Assembly (NCBI RefSeq): GCF_009914755.1
Contig: NC_060928.1
Reading direction: 5' to 3' (one strand)
Source: the human T2T-CHM13v2.0 reference genome, Homo sapiens
Length of the DNA: 64,000 nt
The first letter of the stretch is position 1. Every line of letters begins with the position of its first letter. Below the pieces are notes generated by a model. It was not told the origin of the DNA, searched no databases, and saw only the letters and a list, made by a program, of their open reading frames with translations. A program made the translations under genes and the position numbers. Positions 57,710-64,000 of the stretch are shown in pieces.

Positions 57710-58440
57710 GGGATTCTTAAGAAGAATAACTATTTGAAAAGGAAAGTAGTTATTCTTCATACCTGGATAATGCACTTTATGTTTTACATGAGCATGGTCA
57801 TAGCCAGAGAATATTATAGGATAACCCCAACTGATAAGACATGGGGGAGAATAATAAACTACTGCTGCAAAAGCTTTATAAGGCAATATTTAAAAGCATG
57901 TAAAAACAAAAACTGGGGAAAGAGTATATCAAAATTATAAATAATAGTGGTAATACTCATGCCTTTCCCTAAGAAACAGAACGTAGAATTCTGTATTGTT
58001 GTGTCTTTTTCAAGTGGCACAATTAAATGTGCCTCAGGCCAGCATGGAAATTACTAGTAGGGTAAAAATCATAAATTAGGAGCCATATTCTCCATTCAGT
58101 ATCTTTGGCTCCACAGTGAAGTCAGACTGTATTTCTAGCTAAATCTCTGAACACTCCTTTGAGCAAGCAATAGTTGACACTAGAATATCACCCCTTAGTC
58201 ATACGACTTCCGGAAGATTTTCTGCCATCACAATGCCACTCACTAAGCAAGACACTTAGGCAATTTGTTTAATCTAATTTCTTCTCTGGTAGTTTTGAGA
58301 TATTTAACAACTCTATGTTACTAAATAGGTTAAGATGTCAAGAACTATACATTGTGATGGACCAATCACCTTGTATATAGACTTCCCCAAAGGGGAGATG
58401 TTATTAATGGAATCTGTGCTTTCCTCCTGTCTTTACTTAC

Positions 58441-58549
58441 TTTCTTCTTTCTGTTTCAAATCTATGGAGTAGCTTCCGAAGACCACCATTCTTAAATCCC
58501 TGAAAATGGGCAGCTGGGGCTCCCACAGTGATGACATCGTAGAGAGCAT
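58441..58549 (-). CDS. INPP4B: INPP4B internal coding exon, 109 nt (first of four in window)
   Basis: Minus strand ttctactccag|AT GCT CTC TAC...AGA AGA AA|gtaagt; translates (D)[35 protein letters not shown](N), matching recalled INPP4B protein; its split codon joins the next exon (AA|T = Asn). Confidence 0.96.
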
Positions 58550-59729
58550 CTGGAGTAGAAACAGACAAGGAGATGAACACTTTGCAAACATTTATCTCCG
58601 TCATGCTGTTTGCATTGAAGCATACCTATTGTAGGAAGTATGAGAAATTATTCTGTTTAATTTTTTAGGAATAACTATGAACTCACATCTCAAGGGGGAA
58701 AGAGGAGCTAATAATCAATCTTTCTAAAAGCCACCTGTGCACCTAAACGAGATATAGTATTTTCCTGATTTATGACTACATCTTAATTACATGCTACACT
58801 GTAGAACAGTGTGTTCTCTCATTATTCTATATACTTACTGAGATAACATGTTAATTGCTCTTTTGTGTATTTTACTTCATTGAGTTTTGCATCATTTAAT
58901 TTGCAATCATGTTGAAATTCAACAATAACAAACAATCTTTCAACCAAATTTTACATAGAAAAAAAACCCAAAATATTAAGCATTTTGACTCAAGGGCAGA
59001 TTAGTACTAGTGCATTTTAAAAAATCTATACAGAGTACTTTCCTGATTGTGTATACTAAATTTTACACAATTTCAAATAGATGCTTTTGCAATTTCCTTA
59101 GGTGACATAGAAAGAATACACAAAATGTTTCTTGTTCTGTTTTCTAGTAAGACACTTTGTTTTTATAACAAAAAATCCATACACTTAAATTGAAACTTAA
59201 TCCTTTGATCTTGAAAGCCATGAAGTTTGATACATATTAAGTTTATGGCTTCAAAACATGCCATCATTTTTACATTCTAATGCAAAGTATCCCCATAAGA
59301 AGGAAGACAGTGAATGCTTTCTTGTTAAACTACATTTTATTTGAGAAACCTAATTTCATAGTAGATCCTTTTCAAATTGATTTTGCTATTGACACTTTGG
59401 TTGCTCTTCAGATCTCATTTACGAGGAAAACATAAATTATTTTATTAGCTTCAGGTAAATACCATAACTTCTTCAGAGTAGTTCAATCCAGATGCATCTA
59501 AAATTTTCTTTCAATAAAAAAAGTCTTCAAGTGAAAGATGTCAGCAGCATTCAGAAAATGCAAGATCACAAGAAAGAATACAACACAAACCAACCCGTCA
59601 ATAAGGCATACAATGAAAATCACTTAATAGTTCACTGTGTCCTCTTTAAAAAGTCACTAATAAACTAGAAGTCAGCTCTTATTAAGATAGCAGAACATTA
59701 GATCTGTAAGAAATTTAAATATTTTCTAG

Positions 59730-59880
59730 TCCAGGGGATTTTAACCTAGGGCTAAGACACTGGTTTCAGGGTGTCCAAGAATGTTTGTTAATTACATAAT
59801 TACATCTGTTCTATGTCATGGAAAGGCATCACAGCTTTCTCAAAGGCTCAAAAGATCACCCCAAAGTTACCAACATTATG
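59730..59880 (+). mobile_element. MER103C-like hAT MITE
   Basis: caggggattttaacctaggg...tttcagggtgtcc...acagctttctcaaagg. Confidence 0.6.
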
Positions 59881-59894
59881 TTCTAGTCTACCTT

Positions 59895-59994
59895 CATTTA
59901 TCTGATAAGAATCCTGAGGATCACTACAAGCTAACTGCTTTGTCCATTTATCTGATAAGAAGGCTGAGGATCATTAGAAGTTAACTGCTTTGTC
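59895..59994 (+). repeat. 50-bp tandem duplication (2 copies, 5 mismatches) of a MIR-core-like segment
   Basis: catttatctgataagaa..ctgaggatca.ta.aag.taactgctttgtc at 59895 and 59945. Confidence 0.92.
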
Positions 59995-60049
59995 TAAAAC
60001 CCCAAGGATTTTACACTCAGGGACTTCTGGCTTCTAACTCAGTGACAGA

Positions 60050-60225
60050 GAGTCAGTGTTCCCTGGTGGTTTAAGTTACTGATGGGAACCTGAGTCGCTG
60101 GCTTTGGATTCCTGATCTGCCACTTATTTAACTTCTCTATGTCTCAGTTTCCTTACCTATAAAATGTAGTTGAAAGTAGCTAAAAGTGGTAAGCATTTAG
60201 TAAATGTTATCTACGATTATTATTT
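60050..60225 (+). mobile_element. MIR SINE
   Basis: ctgccacttatttaacttctctatgtctcagtttccttacctataaaatg. Confidence 0.7.
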
Positions 60226-60454
60226 TCTGTATAAGAAACTATCCCACCAATAAAGGTGTCTATATCCCCATAAAAATAAACTTTTGAGTCTGTAAAGAAA
60301 AATGATGCTGGGGCTCAGTCTTCTGAATGGAATGAGTTCCCATGTTAATTTAAATGCAAAAAGACAAATTATCATGACAATGCAACAAAATATGCGGCAT
60401 TTCTGCCAAAAACTGGGTGACCAGCAATACCGACAATATACAGAATGACTAAAA

Positions 60455-60978
60455 ATATTATTCAGCCTTTAAAAAGATGGAAACTCTGCCATCTGCAACA
60501 AAACGAATGAGCCTGGAGAACAATATGCTAAGTGAAATAAGCCAGTTCCAGGACAAACACTCCACTTGCATGAGGTTTTCAAAATAGTCAACCTCATAAA
60601 AGCAGAGAATATAATGGTGGCTGTCAAGAAATGGAGAGGGGGAATGCAAAGTTGTTATTCAATAGGCATAAAGTTTTAGTTACGCAAAATAAGTTCCAGA
60701 GACATGCTGTATAACATAGTGCCTATAGTTAATAACACTGTATTATTTACTTAAAAATGTATTAAGAGGGTATATCTCATGTTAAGTGTTCTTAAAACAG
60801 CATCAACAACCAAAAAAAGGCCACAAAAAAACCTTTTAGACTTGATGGATTTGTCTGTTACCTTAATTGTGGTGATAGTTTCATGGGGGTATGCCTACGT
60901 CCAAATTCATCAAGTTGTAAAAATATATGCAAGTTTTTCTAGGTCAATTTTACTTCAGTAAAGCTGTTTTTTAAAAAA
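60455..60978 (+). mobile_element. L1MB1/2-like ORF2 end and 3' UTR
   Basis: tattcagcctttaaaaagatggaaactctgccatctgcaacaa...atgctaagtgaaataagccag...cagtaaagctgttttttaaaaaa. Confidence 0.85.
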
Positions 60979-61689
60979 TGTAGACATATATTCCACTAAG
61001 CCTAAACTAAATGTATTCTCACTTCAACTTCCCCCAAAACATTGCCTGTAGCCTCTCTAGAACTACCCAATAAGAAGGGAAGGAAAAGGGAGGGGAAATC
61101 TGAATAGAGACAGAACTCTGAATTAATGAAAGTTTAAATAACGAACTTTTGCCAAATTTGCAAAAACATTTGACCACAAGCATATTTATAATTCCTTGTA
61201 GTGTCTTATACGAGGACTATGCAAGTGGCAGGCCCTGACACTTCAGCTGTTTCAGCTTTACGGTGAATCTGTGTCTTCAATTCATCCATAATTTTAGCAT
61301 CCTCCAAAGCTACTCTCTGGGAACAGAAACAGTCTCTATTCATCCACCTCACTGCTCATGAGAATTCTAGACATCTATGAAGAAACCGAGACATTTTGAA
61401 ATAGAAGGTAAAGGAGAAGAAGCATGTTGTTTGAATAGTCTCCTCCTCTCATAAAAAAGAACTGATTGTTTATTGTTAAATCTAAATGAAGGAGTTTGTG
61501 TTTTTTTAGAACCATCTATATTATAACTCCTAAAGTTATGAACAAGCTGTTCTGTAAGTTCTGACGTTTTCTTTTCATTCTATTTTCTATTTACGAACTC
61601 ATCCCTTTTAGTGTTTTCACACCATATTTTTACCAAGGACTATGAAATCTCTTGACTAGTTCTGACCTCTTCCAAACAAAATAATCCAA

Positions 61690-63040
<1,351 letters not shown>

Positions 63041-63044
63041 AATA

Positions 63045-63260
63045 ATTATGACAACAGCTGGCATTTACTCAGCGCATACCTGAATCGTTACTTTAGTAGG
63101 TACTCTATTTTCAGGATCTCATTTAATTTTCAAAATAATACTATAAGATAAATGTTATTTCCCCAACTTTATAGATAATAAAACAGATTTTCCATGAGAT
63201 TAAATAATGTGTCTAGTCTTATGCTGGTAAGTTTTGGATCTGATATATTTTCCAAAGTCT
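63045..63260 (-). mobile_element. MIR SINE
   Basis: gctggcatttactcagcgc...ctcatttaattttcaaaataatactataaga...ctttatagataataaaacaga. Confidence 0.65.
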
Positions 63261-64000
63261 GATTCACTAAACAAAAAAACTTATACTGTAAACAACCTTC
63301 AACATCTTAGTCACGCTTAGATTTTCCATTAGCTGCAGCAACAATGAGCATATACTGGATGCTCAATAAAGTTGATTTGTGTTCACATTGTAGATGTTTA
63401 TTTCTAAAATAGAGATTTTTTGTGATCACATCAAAAAGAAGACTAAACATTCATTGTTAATTGTGGTCTCAGAGGGCAAACAAAAGCTTGCAATTTATAA
63501 AAATAAAAAAATGATTAAACTGACCGGACCTATATTATCCTAATCTTTATTCATTCACTAAACAAACACCCACTGAACACACACTATTTTCAAGGGTTAC
63601 CCTAATTTCCTGTGAATATTTAAAATTAAGGACAGAAAATTTCTGTATTAGAATTGATGTAATTCTTATTTATCAAACATACAGAGGTTTCAGTATGATT
63701 TACTACAGCAGCAACTAGGTACATACTTAAATTATAAGCAAAATTAATTTTGATCTTAATTATCTTTCTCATCCTGGTATCATTTCTATTCTTGTTATAG
63801 TTTTCATGTGTTCCTTTTTTTAAAAAAAAGAATACTTTTTTCTTAAGCTTTTCTTTTCCAGCGTTCTCCCATGCTTTTTCCCTATTTTTACTTAAAAAAA
63901 AAATCCTTCCACAGTCTTCTGTCATATCCACAATTCCCTTTTCTTTCCACTCTGTTCATTTTCTTGTTCTCATTTTTGGCTTCCTTCCCTGAGTTCCCTA

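Overview
Primate (very likely human) AT-rich genomic DNA lying entirely inside INPP4B (inositol polyphosphate 4-phosphatase type II), which runs on the minus strand. Four internal coding exons are present, in transcript order 58441-58549, 38938-39115, 25656-25859 and 11140-11296. All have canonical AG/GT sites and splice into one continuous frame of 648 nt. Everything else is intron, dense with transposon relics: Alus, young and old L1s, L2, L3/CR1, MIR, a MER39-like LTR and DNA-transposon MITEs (MER45, MER102, MER5, MER44, MER85, MER103, a solo Hsmar1 TIR). Almost all ORFs in the supplied track are spurious or repeat-derived. I see no convincing new gene system. The best leads are: a 49-bp serial template-switch insertion; binding sites for two domesticated transposases (CSB-PGBD3 and SETMAR) on either side of one exon; a phase-symmetric four-exon block that would form a stop-free circRNA; a twin-primed L1 with a ~1.4-kb internal deletion; candidate poison exons; and a motif-dense candidate enhancer. 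Gene and repeat-family calls come from recalled sequences, not database searches, and boundaries of old repeats are approximate.
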